DNA of 36,634 nucleotides, taken from contig JAFXVB010000028.1 in the NCBI GenBank assembly GCA_017534945.1, positions 1 through 36,634 on the forward strand, read 5' to 3'. Below are positions 1 through 8,255 of this stretch, piece by piece. The translations under genes and the position numbers were made by a program. The notes under the pieces are model-generated. The model was not told where the DNA came from. It ran no database searches and saw nothing but the letters and a program-made list of their open reading frames with translations. Every line of letters starts with the position of its first letter. Position 1 is the first letter of the stretch. Source of the DNA: Alphaproteobacteria bacterium. Lineage in GTDB: Bacteria > Pseudomonadota > Alphaproteobacteria > Rs-D84.

Positions 1-2
1 AC

Positions 3-1286
3 GATTGGTGGGGACTGTGTAAAAAATTTAATAAAATTAATATTGGCGATACGCTTACCATGGATGATGGCACAAAAATTCATGTCATTGATAAAGACGA
101 AGAAAGTGGATTATTACTGCATTTTAATTGCGACAATATTTTTGATGTGCTGAATAATGTCGGCAAAATGCCATTGCCACCGTATATGAAGCGCGAAGAA
201 GAGTTGTCTGATCGTGAACGTTATCAAACGGTTTATGCAGATCCCTTGGGGTCTATGGCGGCGCCAACGGCTGGGTTGCATTTCACAGACGAATTGATGA
301 GTGAAATTGAAAAACGTGGTGCAAAAATTGTAAAGATTACATTGCATGTTGGTGCGGGAACTTGGATGCCTGTTAAAACAGAAAATTTAGATGAACATAA
401 AATGCACAGCGAATGGTGCTGTATCACACCCGAACAAGCCGATATAATAAACGATGCTGCGCGCGTAATTGCCGTCGGTACAACATCAATGCGTACATTG
501 GAATCCGCCCACCAGTTGGCATTAAAAAAAATGGCGTGTAAAAATAATTGTTATGCAGATATTCAAAGTTCCCCTCTGGCTAGAGGGGTGCCCGCAGGGC
601 GGGGTGTCGTTTATACACAACTTCAAAAGAACCCAAAATTGAAAGAGCGCGCAAAAGAACTCCGTAAAGCCGGTAGTTTGCCCGAGGCATTGCTGTGGAA
701 AGAAATAAAAAATAAAAAAATAAACGGATTAAATTTTAATCGCCAAACAGTGATAGGAAATTATATCGTTGATTTCTTTTGTCCAAAAACAGGTTTGGTT
801 ATCGAGATTGATGATAAAACACACGATTTCAAGGGTGATTATGACGAGAAACGCGAAGCGTATTTATTATCGTTGGGCTTAACCACGCTGCATATTCCTG
901 CAAGTGATGTTTTACAAGATGCGTTTAGTGTTGCAGAAATGATTAGACGACACCCCGTCGTTTCACGCCACCCCTCTAGCCAGAGGGGAACTCTGTTCGG
1001 TTTTCACAATATCAAAAAGTATGTAAATAACACAAAAATACCTCGCGTTGTTCCAATTTGCCAATCTACAAATATATTTATAACCCCAGGTTATAAATTT
1101 GGTGCGGTGGATGTGTTGCTGACTAATTTTCATTTGCCAAAATCAACACTCTTTATGTTGGTGTCCGCGTTCGCGGGGCTTACCGAGATGAAATCTGCAT
1201 ATGCCCACGCGGTTGCCGAAAAATACAGATTTTTCAGTTATGGCGATTGTTGCCTATTGTTCAAAAAGGACGCACAAAATGATTGA
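3..1286 (+). CDS. queA: S-adenosylmethionine:tRNA ribosyltransferase-isomerase QueA (5' end outside window), carrying an in-frame endonuclease insertion
   Basis: Motifs MPLPPYM, RYQTVYA, AAPTAGLHFT, TLHVGAGT, AVGTTSMRTLES, TNFHLPKSTL, YRFFSYGD. Frame is open back to position 3. Lies upstream of tgt. Confidence 0.96.
   Translation, partial: DWWGLCKKFNKINIGDTLTMDDGTKIHVIDKDEESGLLLHFNCDNIFDVLNNVGKMPLPPYMKREEELSDRERYQTVYADPLGSMAAPTAGLHFTDELMSEIEKRGAKIVKITLHVGAGTWMPVKTENLDEHKMHSEWCCITPEQADIINDAARVIAVGTTSMRTLESAHQLALKKMACKNNCYADIQSSPLARGVPAGRGVVYTQLQKNPKLKERAKELRKAGSLPEALLWKEIKNKKINGLNFNRQTVIGNYIVDFFCPKTGLVIEIDDKTHDFKGDYDEKREAYLLSLGLTTLHIPASDVLQDAFSVAEMIRRHPVVSRHPSSQRGTLFGFHNIKKYVNNTKIPRVVPICQSTNIFITPGYKFGAVDVLLTNFHLPKSTLFMLVSAFAGLTEMKSAYAHAVAEKYRFFSYGDCCLLFKKDAQND
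567..992 (+). mobile_element. Putative REP-like inverted-repeat cassette encoding a DUF559 (Vsr-like) endonuclease domain, inserted in frame in queA
   Basis: 567-590 (agttcccctctggctagaggggtg) is the exact reverse complement of 969-992. 600-610 pairs with 947-957. Interior 612-947 encodes ERAKELRK..PEALLW..FNRQ..IGNYIVDF..LVIEID..H..D..R, the DUF559 pattern. Confidence 0.8.
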
Positions 1287-1677
1287 AAAAGAAGAGTTGT
1301 TGCCCATTACACGAGAACTTCAAAAGCGACTTGGTTTGCCGTTTGCAATCGCTGAAAAATGTTTTAGCATACGTTTTTCCGAAGCAGACATTAAATACAT
1401 TGAAACAAATATAAAAAAACATAAATTATACAGAGCGTTATACAAACAGGGGTATAATAAGGGTAAACACAGTAAATATGACAAGCTTTACAGATGGCAA
1501 ATTGAATTAAATTTTTGCAATATGTTTTTGAAAGACCAAACGATACCGATACGGGTTAAAGATTTTCTAAATGCTTATATAGGGTTAGGTTTAGACACAT
1601 TGGAAAACTACAATTATCTGCAGTATTATGTTGGACAAAGATTTTTAATAGAAAAATGGATGGAAACATGTCGTTAA
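1279..1677 (+). CDS. Hypothetical protein (132 aa) between queA and tgt
   Basis: ATG at 1279 preceded by AAAGGA; overlaps the queA stop and the tgt start; no family recognised. Confidence 0.7.
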   Translation: MIEKEELLPITRELQKRLGLPFAIAEKCFSIRFSEADIKYIETNIKKHKLYRALYKQGYNKGKHSKYDKLYRWQIELNFCNMFLKDQTIPIRVKDFLNAYIGLGLDTLENYNYLQYYVGQRFLIEKWMETCR

Positions 1678-2777
1678 AATTTGATTTAATTGCAACCGAT
1701 GGAACTGCACGTCGCGGACGTGTCCATACGGCACATGGGGTTTTCGAAACCCCGGCATTTATGGCGGTGGGTACGGCCGCAACGGTCAAGGCATTAACAA
1801 TGGACCAGGTTGCCGCGACCGGTACCCAGGTAATATTGGGCAATACATATCATTTAATGATGCGCCCCGGTGGTGATTTGGTTGAAAAAATGGGCGGTTT
1901 GCATAAATTCAGTGGTTGGCATGGGCCAATTTTAACTGATTCCGGTGGGTTCCAGGTTATGTCGCTGTCGAATCTGGTTAAGATGAAGGAAGAAGGGGTT
2001 GAGTTTACATCCCATATTGACGGTGGTATCAAACATTTTATGCACCCCGAAGATTCTGTCCATATTCAACATCAATTGGATTCTAATATAACAATGGTGT
2101 TGGATGAATGTTTGCACTTGCCAACAACGCGCGCACGTGCGGAAAAAAATGTAGATATGGTGACCCGTTGGGCACAGCGTAGTAAAGACGCCTTTATCGA
2201 CCGCGATGGATATGGAATTTTTGGTATTGTCCAAGGTGCCGATTTTCCGGACTTGCGTGAAAAGTCAGCGCGGGCATTAACCGAAATCGGTTTTGACGGT
2301 TATGCGATTGGGGGACTCGCGGTTGGTGAACCCCAAGATGTAATGTTTAATATGATTGCAACCGTTGCACCAATGTTGCCAACGGATAAACCGCGTTATT
2401 TAATGGGTGTTGGAACACCATTGGATATATTGGGTGCGGTTGAACGCGGTGTTGATATGTTTGATTGCGTTATGCCAACACGTGCCGGCAGAACGGCTCA
2501 GGCGTTTACAAGACATGGCACAATGAATATGCGTAATGCAAAATTCCGCGATGACCCCGCGCCATTGGATGACAGATGTGGTTGTCCGGCATGTAAATTA
2601 TCGCGTGCATATTTACATCACTTGATTAAATGCAACGAAGTGTTGGGCGCAACTCTACTTACCCAACACAACCTGTGGTTCTATCAAGATTTAATGCGCG
2701 ATATTAGGGAAAGCATAGAGCAGGGGCGTTTTCAAGAATTCAAAGATGAATTTATTAAAAATTATAAAGGTGAATAA
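1668..2777 (+). CDS. tgt: tRNA-guanine transglycosylase (preQ1-inserting type)
   Basis: TPAFMAVGT, GNTYHL, TDSGGFQV, VLDEC, GIVQG, GGLAVGE, PRYLMGVG, DMFDCVMPTR, Zn site CGCPAC...H. Confidence 0.97.
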   Translation: MSLKFDLIATDGTARRGRVHTAHGVFETPAFMAVGTAATVKALTMDQVAATGTQVILGNTYHLMMRPGGDLVEKMGGLHKFSGWHGPILTDSGGFQVMSLSNLVKMKEEGVEFTSHIDGGIKHFMHPEDSVHIQHQLDSNITMVLDECLHLPTTRARAEKNVDMVTRWAQRSKDAFIDRDGYGIFGIVQGADFPDLREKSARALTEIGFDGYAIGGLAVGEPQDVMFNMIATVAPMLPTDKPRYLMGVGTPLDILGAVERGVDMFDCVMPTRAGRTAQAFTRHGTMNMRNAKFRDDPAPLDDRCGCPACKLSRAYLHHLIKCNEVLGATLLTQHNLWFYQDLMRDIRESIEQGRFQEFKDEFIKNYKGE

Positions 2778-2778
2778 A

Positions 2779-3135
2779 ATGGCAGATAAAATAACGAAAA
2801 AAAACAAAAAACCAATAAAACCAGTAAAACGTGTTATCGATTGGGAATGTTATAATCCATATACCAAATTGGGACAAGATATATGCTCTCTGCGGGTGAC
2901 ATACATAATAGATACCGGCAATTTAATCCAAGATGTGCAAGTAAAACACACAGAAATTGTTGGTGAAGTCACCACAGAACAAAAAGCAGCCCAAATTCAA
3001 AAATATGCTAAATCAAAAGAAAATGTTCAACGCAGATTGGAAAATTTGATATACAGAAATGGTGCAACCGACTATACCGCTAAAAAAACAGCACACAAAC
3101 TTTTAACCGAAAACAAAATGGTTGCAGTCAGGTAA
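2779..3135 (+). CDS. Hypothetical protein (118 aa, basic)
   Basis: ATG 1 nt after the tgt stop, AAAGGTG upstream; no family recognised. Confidence 0.65.
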   Translation: MADKITKKNKKPIKPVKRVIDWECYNPYTKLGQDICSLRVTYIIDTGNLIQDVQVKHTEIVGEVTTEQKAAQIQKYAKSKENVQRRLENLIYRNGATDYTAKKTAHKLLTENKMVAVR

Positions 3136-3204
3136 AAGTTTATCTCTTGAAATAACTGTGCGAAATATGATAATATTTCAAGCATAAATACATAGGAGAA
3201 AAAT

Positions 3205-4194
3205 ATGGCCAAAAAAGTTAAAGAAGTCGAAGTTATCGATATGCATGGCGCAAAAACTGTTGCAAAAAAACCGTCTGTGATAAAGGGTGCAAAACGCGTT
3301 TTTGCAATTGTGACTGTTATTTGGTTGTCTTTTGTTGCGGTATTTCCGTTGTATGTAAAAAATCATTATGCGGGTCCAATTAAAAAATCTATGGTTGTAT
3401 CCATGTTTTTTGATTTGCAAAGAAATATCCAAGAACAATATGCAAAATTATTATCCGGAATCAAGGATGCAATCAATATCGAAAAGCCGGTAATGATGGC
3501 TGTGGACAAGGTTAAAATTGCACAAAAACAAGTGGGCAAAGTGACCGACACAACGGCCAAGGCCAAAGAAACAACGACCAAGGCGGCCGAAACAACATCT
3601 GGGGTTAAAAAATTGACGGGCTTGGCAAATATGTTTGGTGTAAAAACAGATTCTGTTGATAAAGCATTGGATAAGGCAAACGCCGGCATAGACCAAGCAA
3701 ACAAAGGTATTGCAAAGGTTGATGATACCGCGAAAATGGTCAATGAAAAATTGGATAAAGTTCAAACAGATTTGATAAAATTAACCCAAATTGAAATTGA
3801 TAAAGTTATCGATGCCGCAATCAAAAAAGAACTGGATAAAAATTCCGGCGGCTTGGGGACTACTTTATTGACTAATTATGGAATCAAACATGTGTATCCA
3901 TGGCGCCCGTCCAGTTGGCCTGTGGCGGTTAAAATCTATAACGATTTGGAAAAATCAAATTTGGGTGTGGTGCAAATTTTAACACGCACAGTTAACAAAT
4001 ATTTCGGCTATGTTGCATGGGGTTTGGTAATTGCGGCATGGGCGGCGGGATTGTTTATCTGGTCTATGATATACAAGAAATATAAAATGGTAATAGCGCC
4101 GTTCTTGGTATGTCCGCGTTGTGGTCATACATATGCAGACAAACGTACCGCAATGAGTTTACTGAAAGCATTGCAACCATGGAAATGGTTCTAG
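3205..4194 (+). CDS. Hypothetical membrane protein: two TM segments flanking a long coiled coil, C-terminal CPRC
   Basis: AGGAG RBS; hydrophobic segments VFAIVTVIWLSFVAVFPLY and VAWGLVIAAWAAGLFIW; K/D/A-rich helical middle. Confidence 0.8.
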   Translation: MAKKVKEVEVIDMHGAKTVAKKPSVIKGAKRVFAIVTVIWLSFVAVFPLYVKNHYAGPIKKSMVVSMFFDLQRNIQEQYAKLLSGIKDAINIEKPVMMAVDKVKIAQKQVGKVTDTTAKAKETTTKAAETTSGVKKLTGLANMFGVKTDSVDKALDKANAGIDQANKGIAKVDDTAKMVNEKLDKVQTDLIKLTQIEIDKVIDAAIKKELDKNSGGLGTTLLTNYGIKHVYPWRPSSWPVAVKIYNDLEKSNLGVVQILTRTVNKYFGYVAWGLVIAAWAAGLFIWSMIYKKYKMVIAPFLVCPRCGHTYADKRTAMSLLKALQPWKWF

Positions 4195-4208
4195 GAATTA
4201 AAAAACAT

Positions 4209-4246
4209 AAATAAAAATACCGCCCAAATGGGTGGTATTTTTATTT
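4209..4246. terminator. Bidirectional intrinsic terminator
   Basis: aaataaaaataccgccc-aaat-gggtggtatttttattt between convergent genes. Confidence 0.85.
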
Positions 4247-4250
4247 CAAT

Positions 4251-6326
4251 TTACTCTGCTAAATTACCCACAGACATAGTAATCCTGCGGATACCTGATG
4301 CCACAGATTTTTCTTTGTTGATACGTGCTTTGATGATTTCTCCTGTATGGTAAACATGTGTTCCACCACATAATTCACAGGATACATCACCCGCGGTTAT
4401 AACACGTACTACATCACCATATTTTTCACCGAATAACGCCATTGCACCACGTGATTTAGCCTCGTCAATACCCATTTCTTCATGTTTAACAGGCATGTCC
4501 GCAGCAATCCAATCATTGACCAGTTTTTCAACCTGTGTTTTTTCGTCATCGGTCATTGCGCGACCAAATGAAAAGTCAAAACGCACAGAGTCCGGTGCAA
4601 CACGTGAACCGCGTTGTTCAACATCGGTATTTAACACTTTACGCAATGCAGCCTGCAATAAATGGGTTGCTGTATGTGCGCGCGCGGTTTGTGTGCGAAT
4701 ATTGTTGTTTATAACCGGTGTGACAATATCACCAACATGAATTTCTTTGGTGACGATACCTTTGTGGATTACAATGTTGTTTGCGCGTGCTGCTTCACTC
4801 ACATTAACAACTGTGTCGCCATTAATACGCAATTCGCCCATATCACCAACTTGACCACCTTGGGTGCCGTAAAATGTTGTTTTATCCAAAGCAACTTCGA
4901 CATTATCGCCAGATTCAGCGGTTTCAACAAATTCACCATTGCGCAAAATTGCCAAAACTTTTGATTGCATATTATCAATTGGCGCATATTTGCTTTTGTC
5001 GTCTGTTTCTGGTAATTCGCCGCGTGATTCCCACAAAATTTTGGTACCACGTGTGTCGGCGCGACTGCGTTCTTTTTGTTCAGTCATGCATTTTTCAAAA
5101 CCATCAACATCGACATTTAATCCGCGTTCACGTAAAATCATCTGTGTCAAATCCAACGGAAATCCATATGTATCAAACAATTTAAAAGCCACCGCCCCCG
5201 GCAGAATTTTATTTTCTAATTTTGGCAATTCTGTTTCTAATAATTTCATACCACTTTGCAACATATCGCTAAACGCGTTTTCTTCGTTTTTGATAATTTC
5301 GACCACATGCGCTTGTTCGCGAGCCAATTCTGGATACGCCGCACCCATCTCGTTCACCAATGCGGGATATAACGCAGACAATAATGGGCCACGATGTCCC
5401 AACATTTGACCATGCCGCATAGCGCGCCGCAATATACGACGAATAACATAGCCGCGGTCAGTGTTTGACGGTATTACGCCGTCTGCAATTGCAAATCCCA
5501 CAGACCGCAAATGATCCGCAATAACTTTGAACGATGCAACATTAGAATCGTTTTTTTGCACATGCACAACATCGGCAATCGCATTCATTAAATGCCGGAA
5601 TAAATCAGTATCATAATTATCGCGCACACCTTGTAATATAGATGCCCAACGTTCCAATCCGGCACCGGTGTCAACATTTTGTTTAGGAAGCTCGGTTAAA
5701 ATTCCGTTTGCATCACGATTATACTGCATAAATACATCGTTCCATAATTCGACATAGCGATGACCTTCATCCGGTGAACCGGGTAATCCACCATCTAAAT
5801 CCGCACCCATGTCATAATGCATTTCCGTACAAGGCCCGCAAGGTCCCGTATCACCCGCAGACCACCAATTATCTTTATCCAAACGAATTGCGTCCTTGCC
5901 AGAAACTTTTTTCCAAATTTTTGTTGCTTCGTCATCGGTTATATGTGTTGTCACAACAATACGATTTGGATCCAATTTCAAAACATTGGTCAACAAATCC
6001 CAAGACATCGCGATTGCTTCTTCTTTGAAATAATCACCAAACGACCAATTTCCAAGCATTTCAAAGAAAGTATGATGACTGCCATCAAAACCGACTTCGT
6101 CCAAGTCATTATGTTTACCACCGGCGCGAATACATTTTTGAACATCGGCAACGCGTGGTGATGTTGGTGCAACTTTTCCTAAAAAAATATCTTTCCATGG
6201 TACCATACCCGCCACAGTAAACATCAAAGTCGGGTCGTCCGGAATCAAAGAAGCCGAAGGTACAATTTTATGTCCATGTTGTTCAAAATATCCCAAGAAT
6301 AATTTTCTTATATCATCATATGTCAT
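4251..6326 (-). CDS. alaS: Alanine--tRNA ligase (691 aa, lacks C-Ala domain)
   Basis: DPTLMFTVAGM, QKCIRAGGKHNDL, HHTFFEMLGNWSFGDYFK, DTGAGLER, YDT-like FDTYGFPLDLT, editing motifs HTATH and ELCGGTH. Start chosen at ATG 6326 with AAGGG upstream. Confidence 0.97.
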   Translation of the reverse strand: MTYDDIRKLFLGYFEQHGHKIVPSASLIPDDPTLMFTVAGMVPWKDIFLGKVAPTSPRVADVQKCIRAGGKHNDLDEVGFDGSHHTFFEMLGNWSFGDYFKEEAIAMSWDLLTNVLKLDPNRIVVTTHITDDEATKIWKKVSGKDAIRLDKDNWWSAGDTGPCGPCTEMHYDMGADLDGGLPGSPDEGHRYVELWNDVFMQYNRDANGILTELPKQNVDTGAGLERWASILQGVRDNYDTDLFRHLMNAIADVVHVQKNDSNVASFKVIADHLRSVGFAIADGVIPSNTDRGYVIRRILRRAMRHGQMLGHRGPLLSALYPALVNEMGAAYPELAREQAHVVEIIKNEENAFSDMLQSGMKLLETELPKLENKILPGAVAFKLFDTYGFPLDLTQMILRERGLNVDVDGFEKCMTEQKERSRADTRGTKILWESRGELPETDDKSKYAPIDNMQSKVLAILRNGEFVETAESGDNVEVALDKTTFYGTQGGQVGDMGELRINGDTVVNVSEAARANNIVIHKGIVTKEIHVGDIVTPVINNNIRTQTARAHTATHLLQAALRKVLNTDVEQRGSRVAPDSVRFDFSFGRAMTDDEKTQVEKLVNDWIAADMPVKHEEMGIDEAKSRGAMALFGEKYGDVVRVITAGDVSCELCGGTHVYHTGEIIKARINKEKSVASGIRRITMSVGNLAE

Positions 6327-6446
6327 TGTGATAATCCCTTTGTAAACATAATTCACCGGACATTTTATAAACAAAGGTCGCGTTTTTCAATCATAAATTG
6401 AATTTTTTTATAAATCCCAATCATATTTTATGATATAATAGTCTAC

Positions 6447-6962
6447 ATGAAACCACTTATGGTATTTTCAATGGCAATGTTGGCATTAATAGTGTTAATG
6501 GCGACATTTGATGTGCATTTGGGTGAAATTGCACCGACGGTGCATGTTGCACCCGACATGTTGGGCAATGTTTTGTATGTGTGTCCTGCGGCATCTTCTG
6601 GGTGGGATTCTGCCGCCGACATATTACGAACGGTTCGCACACCAATATTGATAATAATGTTTTTTGCATTGATAATGTTGTTGTTTGCGTGGGGCTGGGC
6701 ATTGTATCAAAACTTATTAAAGGATAAATTCAACCAAAATGCATTTGTAAAGCCATGGGGATTCACAAAATTATTCTTTTGGGCGGTTGTGATATTGATG
6801 CTGGCGATGCACACGCCTAATTATTATCGTACGGTTCATATACGCGGTGTTGATGGCAATTTTGTCTTATGTGAAAACAACACACCGAATCGCGGTGCAT
6901 GGCAAAATGTTTTAGATGGTCGTTGGCCCAAGGCTGCAAAATACACATCTGTGACGCAATAA
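6447..6962 (+). CDS. Hypothetical multi-pass membrane protein (171 aa)
   Basis: Three hydrophobic segments; TGATATAAT 7 nt upstream of the ATG. Confidence 0.75.
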   Translation: MKPLMVFSMAMLALIVLMATFDVHLGEIAPTVHVAPDMLGNVLYVCPAASSGWDSAADILRTVRTPILIIMFFALIMLLFAWGWALYQNLLKDKFNQNAFVKPWGFTKLFFWAVVILMLAMHTPNYYRTVHIRGVDGNFVLCENNTPNRGAWQNVLDGRWPKAAKYTSVTQ

Positions 6963-7025
6963 ATTCTACTTATTATAAAGACAAACAAAAAAAACGAACA
7001 AATCCAATTGATTTTTCGTTTTCAC

Positions 7026-7054
7026 TTGACTTAAAAAGCGGGATTCTCTATGAT
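7026..7054 (+). promoter_or_regulatory. Sigma70-type promoter for hup
   Basis: TTGACT-17 bp-TATGAT. Confidence 0.7.
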
Positions 7055-7062
7055 TCGGTTGA

Positions 7063-7164
7063 ACAGGACGAGCAATGTCCTTGGAATAGGCGGGTCTGGC
7101 GATTGATAAAAACGAAAAGACTGGATTTCCGGGATTGATTCCAAAGACATTGCTCGACAACTGT
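7063..7164 (+). ncRNA. Candidate structured 5' leader of hup (long stem-loop)
   Basis: 7069-7087 pairs with 7138-7156 at 18 of 19 positions; begins just after the predicted transcription start. Confidence 0.45.
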
Positions 7165-7205
7165 GAATTACCTTGAAAACAAAAATCTATGAAAGGAGAA
7201 ATTAC

Positions 7206-7478
7206 ATGAACAAACAACAATTGATTGAAGCTATTGCAAACGAAGTCGAAGTTACAAAAGCAACTGCTGCTTCTTGCTTGGATGCATTTATCAACACTGT
7301 TACAAAAGTTTTGAAAAAGAAAGGCGAAGTTCGCTTGGTTGGTTTCGGTACATTTACATCTGCAAAACGCAAAGCAACAACTGGCCGTAACCCACAAACT
7401 GGTGCTGCTATTAAAATCCCAGCATCTGTTCAACCAAAATTCAAACCTGGTAAAGCTTTGAAAGACGCTTTGAACTAA
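7206..7478 (+). CDS. hup: DNA-binding protein HU
   Basis: MNKQQLIEAIA, LVGFGTF, GRNPQTG, PKFKPGKALKDALN; AAAGGAG RBS. Confidence 0.97.
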   Translation: MNKQQLIEAIANEVEVTKATAASCLDAFINTVTKVLKKKGEVRLVGFGTFTSAKRKATTGRNPQTGAAIKIPASVQPKFKPGKALKDALN

Positions 7479-7500
7479 ACCGAACTTTTGGTAAATATAG

Positions 7501-7532
7501 AAAACGCCGGACAATTGCCCGGTGTTTTTTTA
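7501..7532 (+). terminator. Intrinsic terminator after hup
   Basis: aaaacgccggacaattgcccggtgttttttt imperfect stem plus T run. Confidence 0.75.
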
Positions 7533-7689
7533 CCACAGAAATTACCCAAGGTGCCGATATACAGACACATATGGCGGTGTAATATAAACTTCAAATTATG
7601 TTCATATCAATCAAATAAAAATTTTCTTTACTTAAAATTTTTTATTCTTTAAAATACGGATGTCGAATACAAAACAAAGGAAGGGAAAA

Positions 7690-8205
7690 ATGCCAAAAAA
7701 AACAATTAAAAAAAAGGCTGTAAAAAAAGCTGTTGCAAAAAAAACTGTCGCGAAAAAGATGACAAAGCCAGTTGCTAAAAAATCTGCTAAAAAATCCGTT
7801 GCAAAGCGTGCTGTGCGTCCTGTGGTTGTTGAAGCGCCGGTTGTGACACAATGCCATTGCGGTGGAAATTGCTGTTGCGGATGCGGTCATCGCTTTATTC
7901 ATTTCTGCATTAAATTGATTTTATTATGCTTGGTGTTTTTTGCCGGGGCATTGACTGCACCATATTTTATGCGTGGCGAACATCACGCCATGATGCGTCA
8001 TGTACAATTTGACAATAATGGTTGTTTGGTTTATGACTCTGTTAAATGCCCAAAAATGTTGGAAACTTTAAAAGAAGCATATCCAGATATGAATGCTTGC
8101 ATTACTCGCGATGCTTTTCGTGCTGTGATAAAACATAAACATCACATGCCAAAGCATGAACAAATGCAAGTTGAAGATACGGCTGTCGAACCAACAATCG
8201 ATTAA
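7690..8205 (+). CDS. Hypothetical membrane protein with K/A-rich histone-H1-like N-terminus and a Cys cluster
   Basis: KKAVKKAVAKKTVAKK repeats, CHCGGNCCCGCGH, TM segment LILLCLVFFAGALTAPYF; purine-rich RBS before 7690. Confidence 0.75.
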   Translation: MPKKTIKKKAVKKAVAKKTVAKKMTKPVAKKSAKKSVAKRAVRPVVVEAPVVTQCHCGGNCCCGCGHRFIHFCIKLILLCLVFFAGALTAPYFMRGEHHAMMRHVQFDNNGCLVYDSVKCPKMLETLKEAYPDMNACITRDAFRAVIKHKHHMPKHEQMQVEDTAVEPTID

Positions 8206-8214
8206 AAGAAAATC

Positions 8215-8240
8215 AAAGGGAACAAAAATTTGTTCCCTTT
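8215..8240. terminator. Bidirectional terminator hairpin
   Basis: aaagggaacaaa-aa-tttgttcccttt between convergent genes. Confidence 0.8.
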
Positions 8241-8255
8241 ATATTTATAATAAAA

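Noticed and set aside
530-1015. Intein interpretation of the queA insertion (Cys residues at the left, FHN at the right)
   Set aside because: HN is followed by Ile rather than Cys/Ser/Thr, no block A or B motifs are visible, and the flanks are too short for a HINT fold.
520-1030. Possible target-site duplication (tgtaaaaataa near 537-547 versus tgtaaataa near 1022-1030)
   Set aside because: Low-complexity AT sequence, imperfect and not adjacent to the repeat ends; needs an empty allele to judge.
6966-7514. 182-aa minus-strand ORF over hup, and similar antisense ORFs over rpoD, alaS, addA and recN
   Set aside because: Shadow frames of well-supported genes with no recognisable motifs.
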